From positions 200,570,001-200,634,000 of the forward strand of contig OZ024742.1 in assembly GCA_964016885.1 (NCBI GenBank): a stretch of DNA of 64,000 nucleotides, written 5' to 3'. The translations under genes and the position numbers were made by a program. Under the pieces are notes generated by a model. That model saw only the letters and a program-made list of their open reading frames with translations. It ran no database searches and was not told the origin of the DNA. Origin of the DNA: Eledone cirrhosa (lineage: Eukaryota). Each line of letters begins with the position of its first letter. Positions within the stretch are counted from its first letter, which is position 1. Shown here piece by piece: positions 42,740 through 58,254 of the stretch.

Positions 42740-44690
42740 TACAACACCTATCGGGAAAATCTTCTTTAGGCTCATCGAGAAACACTTCCCACTACAACAC
42801 CGCTACCACAACATAATCAACAAAAATACCATCAAACTCTCCTACAGCACCACACCTAACTTTGCACAAAACATCGTCTCCTCTAACAACAAAATTCAAC
42901 CCCTATGGAAGAAATAACCTAGATAGCAGTGGAGAGCCGACCAGGAGGTGTAACTGTCCTGATGGATCCCTTTTCCCCATCGACAACAGAGGCAGAGATC
43001 GTAATGCGATCTACCATTGCAACGTGAGGACGGATACCTCCAACAAAGCTTATATAGGATTAACCGCTTGTGACTTCATGACCCAGCTATACAACACAGA
43101 CATACTTTCCGAAAACCGGCCCGGCGTCACGCCACTACACTTTCGGGCCACATCTGGGACCTCAAAGATAACAACATAATCTATAATCTCACTTGGAGCT
43201 TACTGTCCAGAGCCAACACTTACACGGGAGGACGCCGTCTGTGTAACTTATGCTAGGAGGAAACATTACAAATGCTGTTTTCGACGGACCGACTCCTAAA
43301 CAAGAAAGACGAACTTGTAACTGCATGCAAACACAGATTGCGTAGGACTTACCTCGCCCTCAAACCACATAATGACCGGGGGGAGGGGGGGGGTGGGGGG
43401 TGACAAGGGCTGAAACACTCCGCTTGCCGACTTTGTAAGGGGTAATCCCTGTTTACAAAGGTAGACGTAACTTTTTTTAATATATTTTAAAATATATTTT
43501 TTATCGTTTCCTCTATATTTCCTTCTTCCCCCCATCCCTTCCTATTCCTTCCACCCCAGATCTCCTTCTTTGTCGTCGTTCTTTTCACCTTCTCGCCCAT
43601 CCCGATGCAGCCCTTCGGTTATCTGTAGCCTCAGTACCCCACCCCCCTTATTTTATGATAGAATTGGCCGATTCCGCTTTTTATAGAAGATGTGCTAGAC
43701 CCCAGATACTTGCTTTTTTCTCTGGTTGCTGCCCCATTTCCGTGATTTCTAGATTTCTTAGTGGTATTTCTGCTTTAGTTTCTCGTATATCAGTATTTAT
43801 TTTTGGGATTCTGAATTAATTTTTCGTATTAGTTTTTAATATATATTGTACGAGTATTTATGTAGATTGTATTAGAATTTATGTATTGTAGCAGTATTTA
43901 TATATATTGTATTAGTTTTTTATATTTATTGTATGAGTATTTATGTAGATTGTATTAGAATTTATGTATTGTAGCAGTACTTATATATATCGTATTAGTA
44001 TTCATGTTTCGGGATTCTGAATTAATATTTCGTATTAGTTTCGGGATCCTGAATTAATATTTCATATCAGTTTTTTTAGTATGTTGGCCCTCAACTTGTT
44101 GACCTGTCATTGTAAGATAGATTTTGCCGATTACTACTAACTCATAAAATTCTTTCACTACAATCTCGTATTTAGTATTCCTTCCCACCTATTCAACTGT
44201 TCTATAGCTTAGCAGTACCAGTGAGAGATTTGATGATTGTGGAAGGGGACTAGTAAACAGAAATTTATTTTTGTTTTTAAAATATTTTTTATATTTTTTA
44301 TATTTTCTATATATTTACTCCATTTAGATTTACTTATTGTTTCAACTTCCTCCCCCTCCCCTTCTCTAGTATACTTTTTTCGACCTTCTATACACTATCC
44401 TTAGAATCTGCTGTAGTTGTCACTTTCAACGCTTAACTGGATTTCCTCCACATCCTCTCCCTCTTTCTTCTACTGGCAAGTTCAGCTACCCTACCTTCCA
44501 CAAAATGCCATGATAGAATCATGTGTCTTGACAACAAACTTTTGATCAATCCTTGTGACAATCACTTTTACCACATATGGAATTACCCCCTGAGAAATTC
44601 GACTATTCATTTACCAGGCTAAAAATATTCATTTAGTCCAGAATTAGCCGACGAAACGGCTTGAGCTCAGCCGCCAGGGTCTTAGTTGTC
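42740..44690 (+). mobile_element. Penelope-like element 3 fragment (linker, GIY-YIG, 3' region)
   Basis: INKNTIKLSYSTTPN, RCNCPDG, AIYHC..AYIGLT, CNLC*EE, LLNKKDEL; frameshifted. Ends in a hammerhead-like motif at 44585-44680. Confidence 0.8.
44585..44680 (+). ncRNA. Degenerate hammerhead with extended stems II and III
   Basis: acccc-CTGAGAA-[long stem II]-GAAA-cggct tgagctc agccg-cc-agggt. Sister fragments at 11100, 46240 and 51378 read G-TC-ggggt, which restores GUC and stem I. Confidence 0.55.
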
Positions 44691-44767
44691 CCTATATATA
44701 CATATATATATATACATACACACATACATACATATACACATACATATACATATATACACATATATAC

Positions 44768-44804
<37 letters not shown>

Positions 44805-44819
44805 CATATATATATACAT

Positions 44820-44864
<45 letters not shown>

Positions 44865-45006
44865 AGTTTCAGGTAAATACACATGCTACACACGACTAGA
44901 AGAAACGGGTTGAGCTCAGCCGCTGGGGTCCTACTTGTACCTATATATATACATATATATATACATACACACATACATACATATACACATACATATACAT
45001 ATATGC

Positions 45007-45089
<83 letters not shown>

Positions 45090-45094
45090 TATAT

Positions 45095-45165
<71 letters not shown>

Positions 45166-46026
45166 CACATATATATATATATATATATCACATATATATA
45201 TACATGTATCTCACATATATTTTTATTGTTTGACCCGAATTACTTGGTCGTTTCTTTGGCTGTGCGGATGTTTGTTTAACCATCGTCTCAGTGTGTTTGG
45301 CCTTTAACGTATGTTGTAGCTCTGATTCATCTGAATCATCGAGCGCTTGCGACACATCTCGGAAGTTGTTTTTCGTTAATTCCTAAGCCGAAATACGATT
45401 CTCGCTAATTTATATTTGTCTTAATCTCCAGAGTCTAGCTATTGACCAGTAAATTTTCTTGATTGTTTTAGTTGATTCTATTGACTGATGAATAGCTTAT
45501 GTTAACTTTAACCATTCTGTCGAGAGCTTTATTCGATTTGTAATGTTTTGCATTCTTGCAATATTATACACAACTGAATTCATTCGCCTAAAATAAGTGT
45601 TGCCTCCCTTGCTGAAATCCACGTGGGGTCAGTAATAGTCACACTTTGAATTAGCAATTGAACTAAAACCTGTTGATAAAGTGGCTTCCTTGTTCAATCA
45701 TCTTACCAGAAGCCTAACATTTTTTTATGTAAGCGGACAGTACTTGATTTAGGAGTCGCAGAAACCCAAATACTGGATTTTACCAACCTTCCAGGGGTCC
45801 GGGTAAATTTTCAATCACATATATTTTTATTGTTTGACCCGAATTACTTGGTCGTTTCTTTGGCTGTGCGGATGTTTGTTTAACCATCGTCTCAGTGTGT
45901 TTGGCCTTTAACGTATGTTGTGGCTCTGATTCATCTGAATGATCGAGCGCTTGCCACACATCTCGGAAGTTGTTTTTCGTTAATTCCTAAGCCGAAATAC
46001 GATTCTCGCTAATTTATATTTATATA

Positions 46027-46096
<70 letters not shown>

Positions 46097-46281
46097 CGAA
46101 GGAAATGTGGTAAGGAACCAGGTGGACCATAACGCACCAAAGTACTCAATACTTGAGGTAGTAGAGTGGGTAATAGGAACCAGTAAGACCCCGACAGCTG
46201 AGCTCAAGCCGTTTCGACGGCGTCCAGAATTAGCCGTCGAAACGGCTTGAGCTCAGCTGTCGGGGTCTTACTGGTTTCTAT

Positions 46282-46315
<34 letters not shown>

Positions 46316-46428
46316 GATAAAAAGGACGATTGATTATTCCTTCATTGCATTTATTGATAGGTGACGCGCGTTTCGCCACTGATCAGCTCAAGGTTCGATC
46401 TCTCTCTCTCTCTCTCTCTCTTTCTCAC

Positions 46429-46601
<173 letters not shown>

Positions 46602-46649
46602 TACATACACATACAAATAATCCATATATATACACATATATACACACAT

Positions 46650-46682
<33 letters not shown>

Positions 46683-46719
46683 AGTTTCAGGTAAATATAC
46701 ATGCTACAGACGACTAGAA

Positions 46720-48068
46720 GAATTAAAAAACACACTTATCAGCAGAAACTACCCACCATCCCTAATCACGTGCCCTAAAACTAGACATCCAGGAATTCAG
46801 ACACCCCAAACCCAGGAATGAACCGCAACAAAAAACTCTTCCATACATCTCCACACACAACCCCCTCAACAAAGAGGCATTCGAGACCATCCTCCAGAAC
46901 ATTCCTTTACTAAAAAGAGACCCAAGAATGAACAAAATCCTCCAAACACACAACATCATAAAGAGCAAAAGACAACCTAAATTCATAAAAAACATCCTCA
47001 CACAAGCCAAAATCCAACAAACCCTCACAATGAACCCTACAGTAACAAAATGCGGAAGGCCCAACTGTGGCATATGCATAAATCTAATAGAACGTTCAAC
47101 ATTCCATTTTAAACAAGGACAGCGTTTCACAGTTAAACACAACTTTACATGTGCATCTGAAAAGCTTATCTATGTTTTGACTTGCTCAGGTTGTCAAGAG
47201 CACTAGGACAGACAAAAAAACAGCCTCCGTCAACGTATGACCGTCCATAAATCACAAATTAAAATACAGGAATACAGAAAGATTGCATTTAGTGAACATA
47301 TTGCCAATTGTGCTCACAACCAACATCCAAACTTTAAAATTTTCCCCATTTACAAATTCATAGACAACGCTATTTTCGTCCAACGTACCAATAAGGAAAC
47401 ATATTTCATTAATAAATTCCAACCCCTACTTAATGCTCTAAAAATCGGACCAATCTAAAACTGCAACAAACAATCAAACATTTACAAGAGTTACCTCCTC
47501 ACACCCTACCTAATCCTTTTTCTTAAATAAATTAAATATCATCCAGCAAGATTGCTTCCCCCTGCATGAATCATAACAGCCAGTGGAAAAGGATTTATAA
47601 AGAGGGAAAAATAAAGGGTTGGGGGTTTCCAGTGGCTATCACTGGTTGTTATGATTCATGAGACGTTTTCCTAGATATATCGTAGTATCATACACTTTAA
47701 AACTTTTAGAACAGTTACAGTATGCAACGTTTTTTCTTACTCACACATTCTCTAATGAATTTATTACGTTTTCGCATTTTCTCATAAATAGGCTATATAA
47801 GTAAAATTTTCTCTTGGGTTAATCACTACCTTGATTAAATCTTAACCATTTAACATCTCAGAGTATGTCATGTATCATTATATTTTGTCTGATGAGGACG
47901 TACTGTTGTACATCCGAAATATGTATAATAAAATGTAATTGACCATTTTAATAATACTTATATTTTAATATTAATAATTCCAGAAAAATATTTTTACGGT
48001 TGAGTGCTTCCAATCTACTGTAAAACTAATTCTTTGACATAATCATTGAATATTGATTAACACTTTAA
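46720..48068 (+). mobile_element. Penelope-like element 4 (Neptune-like), 5'-truncated
   Basis: LPYISTHNP, SKRQPK, KCGRPNCGIC, FTCASEKLIYVLTCSGC, R.RMTVH, KETYFINKFQPLLN; followed by a hammerhead and (TA)n. Confidence 0.88.
47882..47934 (+). ncRNA. Type I hammerhead ribozyme, intact core
   Basis: attttgt-CTGATGA-ggacgtac tgtt gtacatcc-GAAA-tatgta-TA-ataaaat. Predicted cleavage after 47927. Confidence 0.85.
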
Positions 48069-48277
48069 TATATATATATATATATATATAGTAATAATAA
48101 TAAATTTCAAGACTAAAATCCAAAGAGGGCTCGATAAGGATAAATATATATCAAATATATAAGAACCGTAGAGCAAAGATTTATTAAAATAACAGATTAA
48201 AGTTTAAGCAAAGAATCGCTGCTTTCACCCTTAACGGGATCTTCTGAAACAAACAAAGTCAATCTGTAAACGCAGAA

Positions 48278-48430
48278 GTGGATATTTCAAAAAACGTTGC
48301 AACCGCTAAAACACTCACAGTGGTTAAGGATTTCGAAGTTGATGTCATCCTCAATGCCCGTAAGTCGGTGATTAATTTCGACGACTCTATTTGGATTAAA
48401 AAATCCAATAGAACCCCATTCGACGTGAGT
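48278..48430 (+). mobile_element. PLE RT fragment related to PLE2
   Basis: [28 protein letters not shown] aligns by eye with PLE2 IILTARKTILEFNNEYWTRADTSNNFDI. Confidence 0.7.
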
Positions 48431-48545
48431 ATGTATATAGTTTACTACATCTTATATGTATATATATAATTTTACATATTCGTATGTATAAATATTTAAT
48501 GTATATATAGACATATACACATATACACACATATACCCCCCCCCC

Positions 48546-48651
<106 letters not shown>

Positions 48652-48760
48652 TATATATTTATTAAAATAACGCTCTACGGTTCTTATATATTTGATATAT
48701 ATTTTCCTTATCGAGCCCTCTTTGGATTTTAGTCTTCAATTTTATTATTATTACTATACA

Positions 48761-48810
<50 letters not shown>

Positions 48811-48850
48811 GATATTAATAAATGGAAACTATATTTATAAAACCATATTT

Positions 48851-48913
48851 ATTTCATTATACATATTTCAGGGATACCAAATTAAATTATGGTATGCCTT
48901 CATCAGACAAAAT
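48851..48913 (-). ncRNA. Type I hammerhead ribozyme (inverted twin of 49719-49781)
   Basis: Reverse complement of the 49719 motif with the core intact. Confidence 0.8.
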
Positions 48914-49718
48914 ACAATATATAACAGTTTTACAAATAAGCTTTGACGTACTCATTTAAAATGCGACCATTATTTTTGGAAGCCATCTGGATAGTGAATT
49001 GTTTATATTATTTTAATAAGTCTTAGTGTTAAGGACAATTAGAAAAAGACGGAGAGAAAGAAAAAAGACGGAGAGAGAGAAAAAAAAGAAAAAGAAAAAA
49101 ACGTGGAGAAATATCGGCGAGAGAGAAATGCATGGAGAATAAAGGAAGAGATAAATAAAGACAGGAGGCAATAAAGAAAAAAGAAAAAACTAAACATATA
49201 ATCATTATTAAACAATGTTTAATTTCTCATATTATATATTTATGTCTCATTCATGAATATTAATATTTATATTTTTATTATTCATTTCATATAAATTGTT
49301 AACTCAACTTAATATGACATGACGTAAAGTTTTCATTATCTCCCCCTCTCTCTATATATTATTTCTCTCTCTTGAGTCTTTCTACCTGTCTGATGATTTG
49401 ATATCTCTCTGTTGCTTTCCTCTGTTTTTCTTATTTCTTCCTTTTTTCTTTTTTCTTTATTTCCTCCTGTCTTTATTTATCTCTTCCTTTTTTCTCCATG
49501 CATTTCTCTCTCTCCGATATTTCTCCACGTTTTTTCTTTTTCTTTTTTTTTTCTCTCTCTCCGTCTTTTTTCTTTCTCTCCGTCTTTTTCTAATTGTCCT
49601 TAACACTAAGACTTATTAAAATAATATAAACAATTCACTATCCAGATGGCTTCCAAAAATAATGGTCGCATTTTAAATGGGTACGTCAAAGCTTATTTGT
49701 AAAACTGTTATATATTGT

Positions 49719-49781
49719 ATTTTGTCTGATGAAGGTATACCATAATTTAATTTGGTATCCCTGAAATATGTATAATGAAAT
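49719..49781 (+). ncRNA. Type I hammerhead ribozyme, intact core
   Basis: attttgt-CTGATGA-aggtatacca..tggtatccct-GAAA-tatgta-TA-atgaaat. Confidence 0.82.
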
Positions 49782-49910
49782 AAATATGGTTTTATAAATA
49801 TAGTTTCCATTTATTAATATCGTATATCTACTCCAAATATTTGTCGAGTGCTTTATATCAGTTATAAAAATATTTACTTGTTGTATCCCAACAATTTTAA
49901 ATAGAACTTT

Positions 49911-49975
<65 letters not shown>

Positions 49976-50037
49976 CCTGCCAATACACGAATTGAAATAT
50001 CAAGACCGCAGAAGTATGTCATATATCAAATCATATA

Positions 50038-50099
50038 TTTTATCTGAAGAGGACGTACTGATAAAACAACACAGTACCTTCGAAATATATATAATAAAG
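50038..50099 (+). ncRNA. Type I hammerhead ribozyme, intact core
   Basis: ttttat-CTGAAGA-ggacgtactg..cagtaccttc-GAAA-tatata-TA-ataaag. Confidence 0.82.
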
Positions 50100-50393
50100 C
50101 ATATATTTTGATTATGTGAATATCTTCATTTGTTAATATTTTGAATCATATATATATATATACAATTTGAATTTGTAGATTTGACCGTTATATATATATT
50201 TTTATGACAGTTTCTGATGACATGATTGAACTAGCATCGTATTTAAAATTGAGTGTTCAGCAATTTTAGACAACTCAATCAGAGAAACAATTGTTAGACT
50301 GTAAATAAATTCCCCTGTTTGTACTGTTGACCATGTGATTCTTCACATTTTTTCAATTATATATATATATATATATATATATATTAACCAACA

Positions 50394-50486
<93 letters not shown>

Positions 50487-50580
50487 AACGTACACCCACT
50501 CACACATACATAAAAGCACCCCAAGTTAAAACTTTCAAAGGTCCAGGGGTATATATTAGTATTTCTTTTATTAATCAATG

Positions 50581-50795
50581 ACGGTGTATTAGCAGTATGA
50601 GTAGAACGTCATACAACATGCTTTGTGGTATAACCTAACGGCTCTTAACGTTCTGAGTTCAAAGTCCACCGAGGGTAGCTTTGCCTTTCATCGTTATGGG
50701 CTTGATATAATAGTACCAGTGACGCACTGGGGGCGTTTTAATCGACTTTCCCCTCTCCTAAATTGTTGGCCTGTGTCTAAATTAGAAACCATTAT
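50581..50795 (+). mobile_element. SINE family A, diverged copy
   Basis: B-box, core and tail recognisable; another copy at about 52652-52810. Confidence 0.75.
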
Positions 50796-51480
50796 TTTTT
50801 TCTTTTTATTTATCGCTATTTATTCATATGCTTTTTTTAAAATTCATTTTAATTGATTAGCGAATTTCTTATAGATAGACATAAATATATTACTGCTGGT
50901 GGTCCCAATATAAGAACTCGATGCACTGGTATATAATAAAACTAAACGATATAGTTTCGTTTACATGTAATTATATTTCTATTATATTTCTATTTATTTT
51001 TTGTTGGATCATCAGTCCGATTAGCAGATTGATGCTGGAGTCAGGTCCATAACTATCATGGACGATTTTGAAACAAACGCGCGTAACAGGTCGATAAACA
51101 TTAAAAACATGAATATATGAATGAAACTTCAACAGTTTTCAAAAAAAAAATAAAAATATATATATATATAAAATAAAGTTAAATAAAAGTCAAATGATTA
51201 AAATTTAGCTTCGTTTATTACTGCTATATAATAAACGAAGCTAAATTTTAATCATTTGACTTTTATTTAACTTTATTTCACACTACTCCGGAGTAACCAA
51301 ACCAACCTGCGCACTTCGTCGAGTGCTCCAGCCTGCATACTGAGGTGTTGGTATACAACCAACATAAACTCAAAATCAGCCGTCGGGGTCTTACTTGTTC
51401 CTATTACCCACTCTACTACCCTAAGTATTGAGTACTTTGGTGCGTTATGGTCCACCTGGTTCCTTACCACATTTCCATGG

Positions 51481-51530
<50 letters not shown>

Positions 51531-52127
51531 ATACTTGGGGAGGGTCATATTGTTGTAATAATATTGGCCAGAAATAATAACAGAACACACTCACTTTTTG
51601 GTTGGTTTTCGCTTCTGTATCTTTTATATCTCCACAGTTAATTCATTTGGTCCGCAATGTTTATCATTGACTGACCAACGGTCAAAAATACAGATATAAT
51701 ATAGATATAAACACATATATATAGTCTGTTTTATTGTATATCTACCTAGAGATAAAATACAACAGGAGGAACATAATAGTACCACTGATGATGTTGCAGA
51801 TGTGCAACGAAAGAATTTTGTTAGACGATATATATGTGTTTATATCTATATTATATCTGTATTTTTGACCGTTGGTCAGTCAATGATAAACATTGAGGAC
51901 CAAATGAATTAACTCTGGAGATATTGCCAGAAATAATAACAGAACACACTCACTGTTTGGTTGGTTTTCGCTTCTGTATATTTTAAGATACAGAAGCGAA
52001 AACCAACCAAACAGTGAGTGTGTTCTGTTATTATTTCTGGCAATATTATTACAACAATATGACCCTCCCCAAGTATAACAATATTTGTTTCGACACACGA
52101 TTTCATATCAAAAACCTCGCAAAACAA

Positions 52128-52244
<117 letters not shown>

Positions 52245-53324
52245 GCTACATATATATATATATATACATATATATAAATAAATACAAATAGACACACACA
52301 CACACATACACACACACATATATATATACATATATGTGTGTGTTTGTATATATATATATATATTAGCGGTGTCACTAACACTGCATGGTTGAGAATAGTG
52401 GCATATATGTACACATGTAGAGTATATTTATATATAACAGACATACATATAATCTCACTGTGACTATTTTAAGGTGTGATTTCATGTCAGCCATCTCAAT
52501 ATTCGTGTGAGAGCGTTGGGTATTGACATTTCAGGCATTCTTATTTTTGTTTTATCAACTTTCGCTTTTACACTACAACGTATTGAAGTATCAGATGCAA
52601 GTAACTTGGTTATAGATTTTATAATTTTTCTATACTCATAAGTCTCCTTTCAGGTGGCAAATTAGCAGAGTTGTTAGAACGCCGGATAGAGTGCTTTACG
52701 GTACTCGTTCAGGCTCTCGGCTCTCTGAGTTTAAATCACGCCGAGGTCAACTTTGCTTTTCATCCTTTCGAGGTCGATAAAAAAAAAGTATCAGTCAAAT
52801 ACTGGGTTGGATTCTTCCTCTATATCTCTTTCTCATTTCCCCTCTCTCTCTCACTTTCTATCTTTCTCAGGAAGAACTCTGCTGTATTCACACCTGGAGA
52901 GGGATGGCTCTGCTAGGCTTAAGATGCCCACAAAACGCCGTATGTCACTACGGCGGCCCTACACCTCCATCAGGAGTTAAGGGACCATACTACCAAGTGT
53001 CCTTTTACATATTGTGCAGGTTTTAGGGGACAGTACCAATTAGCGTGGGTTCTGAGTTCGTATCTTATCACTGGCTGACTTTTCTTTTATCTTTCCATAA
53101 TCGATAAAATGTACTCAAAATATTAAGGTTGTTATAATTGACTGCAAAACCTGAAGTTATGTATCTAATTTAGGAATCAATAGCCAATAATAAGCACTAA
53201 TCTTGTTGATATGATTGTCTTTGTTGCTGTTATTATTGTTGTTGTTACTGTCCTCGATGCCCGTTGTTATATCAGCTACGCCCGATTCAATTAACTGACA
53301 CTAGTTAAATAATGGGTGGAATAA

Positions 53325-53355
<31 letters not shown>

Positions 53356-53843
53356 TGTATGTATGTATGTATGTATGTATGTATGTATGTATGTATGTAT
53401 GTATGTATGTATGTATGTATGTATGCATGCATGTATGTATTATGTATGTATGTACGTATGTATGTATATATGTATGAATGTGTGTATGTATGCATGTATG
53501 TATTATGTATGTATGTATGTATGCATATATGTATGTATGTATATATATATGTATGTATGTATGCATGTATGCATGTATGTATGTATATATGTATGTATGT
53601 ATATATGTATATATGCATGTATGTATGTATGTATGTATGTTTGTGTGTGTATGTTTATATACATATACACATTGACGTACATCAATTACATCAATCAATC
53701 TAAGTACGTATGAATCAAGCAAGAAGTTGTTTGCACCAACAATCAAGTCTGACTCCAACTACATCTACCTCTACCCATCCTTGGTAAACAGTTAAACTAA
53801 CTACACACTGCACAGGCCTCTAATTATCTCCCTTCTCACTGTG

Positions 53844-53886
<43 letters not shown>

Positions 53887-55037
53887 CATTTGTAAATCAA
53901 TTAACGAACGTTTTATTCATTTAAACCTAAATCGGAAATCTATATAATTATCTTTTGCAACAACGTATAAATAAAGCTCCACACACCTCACTGAGAATAG
54001 ATTTTAGTGTCCCAAGTGAAAAACAAAAATATCAAGGAGAACAAGCGAATCAATCCATTTCATTAGCTTATATAACCTTTTTTTCTGTATTTTATCGGCT
54101 TATTTACTGAATTAATTTTTCATTTGTTGATATTTGGTGAGTTTTCATGGTGTTGATCATGGCTAACGTAGGGAAAGTGTTGGTGCAGTGGGCCAGGCAC
54201 CGCGACAGAGAAATACAAAGTAAAGCTACAAAGCTTTATCGTGTTGGAGGTAAAAAAATGAAGCATAACATAAGTCAAAGGATTCAATACTTAAGTACGT
54301 AGATTACGCGGTATGTATACTAATGTATTATGTCACATATACCTTAGTAGAACTAATATATATTTATTTTAATTCATGCAAATGATAATCCATTTGCAAC
54401 CAAAGGTTTCATGAGCTACGCTTGTTAGTTATGAAATTAGGCGAATGTATAAACAAATGGTGTAAAGTGATTTAGCTAAAGGTTTCATGAAAATGTATGA
54501 GCGAAAAGGAGAAGCAATATGAAGAAAGAGAAGGGATAGCGGAGGTGACCACGGTATCAAATTAAGTTTTCCTTTGGAAAATAGCTGGCAAAAAAGAAAA
54601 TTATTTATAGAAATCTAGACTGTCTACTACATACACAGATATCAATATATCAATATATATTAACATGTCCATTTATATATACACCTATACTATCGTGCAG
54701 ACAGATATTCTTCTGTGCAAAGCAAATTGGGATACTTATACAAACGTATGTATGGCTAGTATATCGACACATCGGGTAGGCGATTAGACAAGAGTTGCAT
54801 TGAGTGGAAGAAAGGGTAGAGAAGGAAATAATAATATGAGAAAGCCAAGAGAAGTGTATGGAGATGGTATATTCCTAGTGAGATAGATAAGGCTAATGTA
54901 TGTAAAACCCGTCTTGAATATTCTATATGATATATATATATATTCTAAATAATATATACTATATCTAATATGTATTGTATTTAAAAGACTAAAATAAATC
55001 CTAGTATTTTAGACGCAAGAGTGGTTACGTTGAAAAT

Positions 55038-55140
55038 CTTCTTCTTCTTCTTCTTCTTCTTCTTGGGAGCGTCGTGAGGGCTGAGTCCTCCAGCACCCAT
55101 TCCACAGGATCCTGTCTGAAGCAACCATCTCCAGTCGGGT
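55038..55140 (-). mobile_element. LINE 3' terminus with (AAG)n tail
   Basis: A short GC-richer segment ending in (gaa)n on the minus strand, as in RTE-type 3' ends. Confidence 0.4.
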
Positions 55141-55399
55141 CAAATAGAGACAGTTTACGGAACATAAGGGTAAAGTCTGAGAACTAATATAGGTGATTAG
55201 TTTGGAGTTGGCTTTGGCTTTGACTTTCTAAGAGATTTTGTTTAAGGATTAGGACAAAGGACTATCTTATTTTGTGGATAGCCTTGAATTTGTTCTGGAG
55301 GATTTCAATGCATTTGACGGTCTTATGTCCACACAAACATATACATACATATATTCATACATACATACATACATAAATACATACATACATATATATGTG

Positions 55400-55482
<83 letters not shown>

Positions 55483-56221
55483 GAATAAAGTTAGTCCTTC
55501 ATCAGTGATCTTCCAACCATCATTGGTATTTCATCGCTTTAAAGACCAAATACCTCCGGTTGGTGCGAGCAACGGATAAAAAAAGTCGTTGGGACACGTA
55601 AATAAAGGGGACACGAGAGTGTAAACAAACAAAGATGGTGAAGCAACGAAAAGTGAGGAAGACCGAGTCAAGTCCCAAATTTCCATGAATATAAGTTCGG
55701 TGAAATCGTGAACGAGAGAGAATAAAGACCATCAAACCTGGTTGGAATGTGAGCAAGGAAGGAATTCCGTACAGGTCTAACGGGAGGAAGAAGGAATCTA
55801 GTCTGTGAATTCGGTGAACATAAGTTCTGTGAAATCGTAGACGAGAGAGAGAAAAAAGGCGAACCAGCCTGACCAAGCGTGCGAAAGAAAAGAATTACGC
55901 ACAGGTCAAACGGGAAGAAGGAGGAGGAGGAGAGGTAGTAACAGAGAGTGAGTGAGTGAAGGGTGAGGAAGAGGCTAACAGAGAGAGTGACTGTTAGAGA
56001 GGGTAAAGATACAGAGAAAGAGGAAGCAGTAAGAACGAAATAGACGGTTCACAGCGGGGGAAAAAATAAGTGTAAATATGAAAATAAACGTGTTGCGTGG
56101 TTGCAAATGGGTTACATATGAATAAAGTTAATCCTTCATCAGTGATCTTCCAACCATCATTGGTATTTCATCGCTTTAAAGACCATATACCTCCGGTTGG
56201 TGCGAGCAACGGCTATATATA

Positions 56222-56289
<68 letters not shown>

Positions 56290-57108
56290 GTGAAGCTGCG
56301 TCGCTTAGTTGTTACGGTGTTCGTCTCACGATCATAATGTCATGCGCATTGTGTCTTTTAACAAGACATTTTATTTCAAGTTGCTCCAGTCCACCTAGTT
56401 GGCAAAAATAGGTGTCCCTGTAATTCCAGAGATCAGCCTTTGCTGAGTAGGGTGTTCCTACTGGAACAATGGACTTTGGGTTCGATATTTAACACAAACG
56501 CCTGGTGCTAACTGCATGGGTGGTGCAGAGGGTTGTTTTGCCTGAGCTAGGCAGTGGGCTGAGCTTCGGCTGGCCTACAAAGTGGCTCAAATATGTTATG
56601 TTTATCACCCAAGTCAGCCAAACTCCCCCCCCCCCCCATACGTCCCCGCCGTGGCACTGGCCCAACCAAATTGGGTTGGGTGTGAAGCAAGAGCTCGGCA
56701 CTATAACCGATGCAATGTCTGGGTTACACTATCCTAAAGTGCATATGATTATGGATGGGCCCCTCTTGTGAAACCAATTGTCCGAATAAACTCCATTGAA
56801 ATTAACTTATACCCTGAATTCCTTCGATGGAGTCGGCTCAAGCCACCCCGGGTGAGCAACCCCACAAATCCAAGTATAAGTAAGTAGTGGGGACCTCCAC
56901 GTCAAATTTCAAACAGGACATAATTCAAGCGTTAGACTTTCTGCACTAAACTTTCCATCTTTTCCCAGCATTGATTTTTTTGTGAGAAGATGAAGTTTAT
57001 TGATATATCGATCTTTCGCCCGTTGCAATAATCGGGGACAACATATATGCAATCCCGTTTTCCGGAGCTACAAGCAATGTATGATAATTTCTCATACACC
57101 CTTCTATA

Positions 57109-57146
<38 letters not shown>

Positions 57147-57147
57147 C

Positions 57148-57180
<33 letters not shown>

Positions 57181-57361
57181 TGTATGTGTGTATGTATGTG
57201 TCTATGTATGTGTGTATGTATGAATTTATGTATGTATTTATGTGTATGTATGTACGTATGTATATATATATATATTATTTCTTTTATATTTCTTTTACTT
57301 GTTCCAGTCCACCGGTTGAAGCTATGCCGAGGCACCACCATTGTTGCTACACACTATATAT

Positions 57362-57439
<78 letters not shown>

Positions 57440-57529
57440 TAAAATATATATATATATATTCATACATATATATATATATATATACATACACATATACATA
57501 TACACATATATATATATATATACATATAC

Positions 57530-57566
<37 letters not shown>

Positions 57567-57569
57567 TAC

Positions 57570-57680
<111 letters not shown>

Positions 57681-57687
57681 CATATAC

Positions 57688-57736
<49 letters not shown>

Positions 57737-58105
57737 CACTTATTTACAAGTGTGTACGTCTTGGATTTCTTTCAAAGATTTATTTATTGGAAGTGAAGAA
57801 AAAAGGAAGAAGATTAGCAAAAGGAGGAGGAGGAGGAAGGGGAACATTATTAATAAAAACAACAACAACAACAAAAGATACAGTGTAGGAGGCAAGGGGA
57901 ATTGTCTTCAGGCTGGAGACGGGATATCGATGAGATAGTTGTGTACAAATGGAGGAGAACGGGAGTGTTACGAAAGCCAATAACATTCAGAGAAGCCCCG
58001 TCCCGTACGTATATTTGTGCATGTATGTACACACACACACATACTAACACACACACACTAACACATATAATACACCACCAATTCTTATATATAAATACAC
58101 ACACA

Positions 58106-58136
<31 letters not shown>

Positions 58137-58254
58137 CCACACATATATATATATACACATATATACATGTATATATATATATATATATTTATATATATAA
58201 TATAAAAAGAATTGATGGTGTGTTAGAAATAAATGTGTAAATATACAAACACAT

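Noticed and set aside
51000-51110. Minus-strand RPV...INLLIGLMIQQ as nAChR exon 2
   Set aside because: Motif spacing is wrong and there are no fitting splice sites.
53660-53760. RLIDV as the end of exon 2
   Set aside because: No upstream YN..RPV motif.
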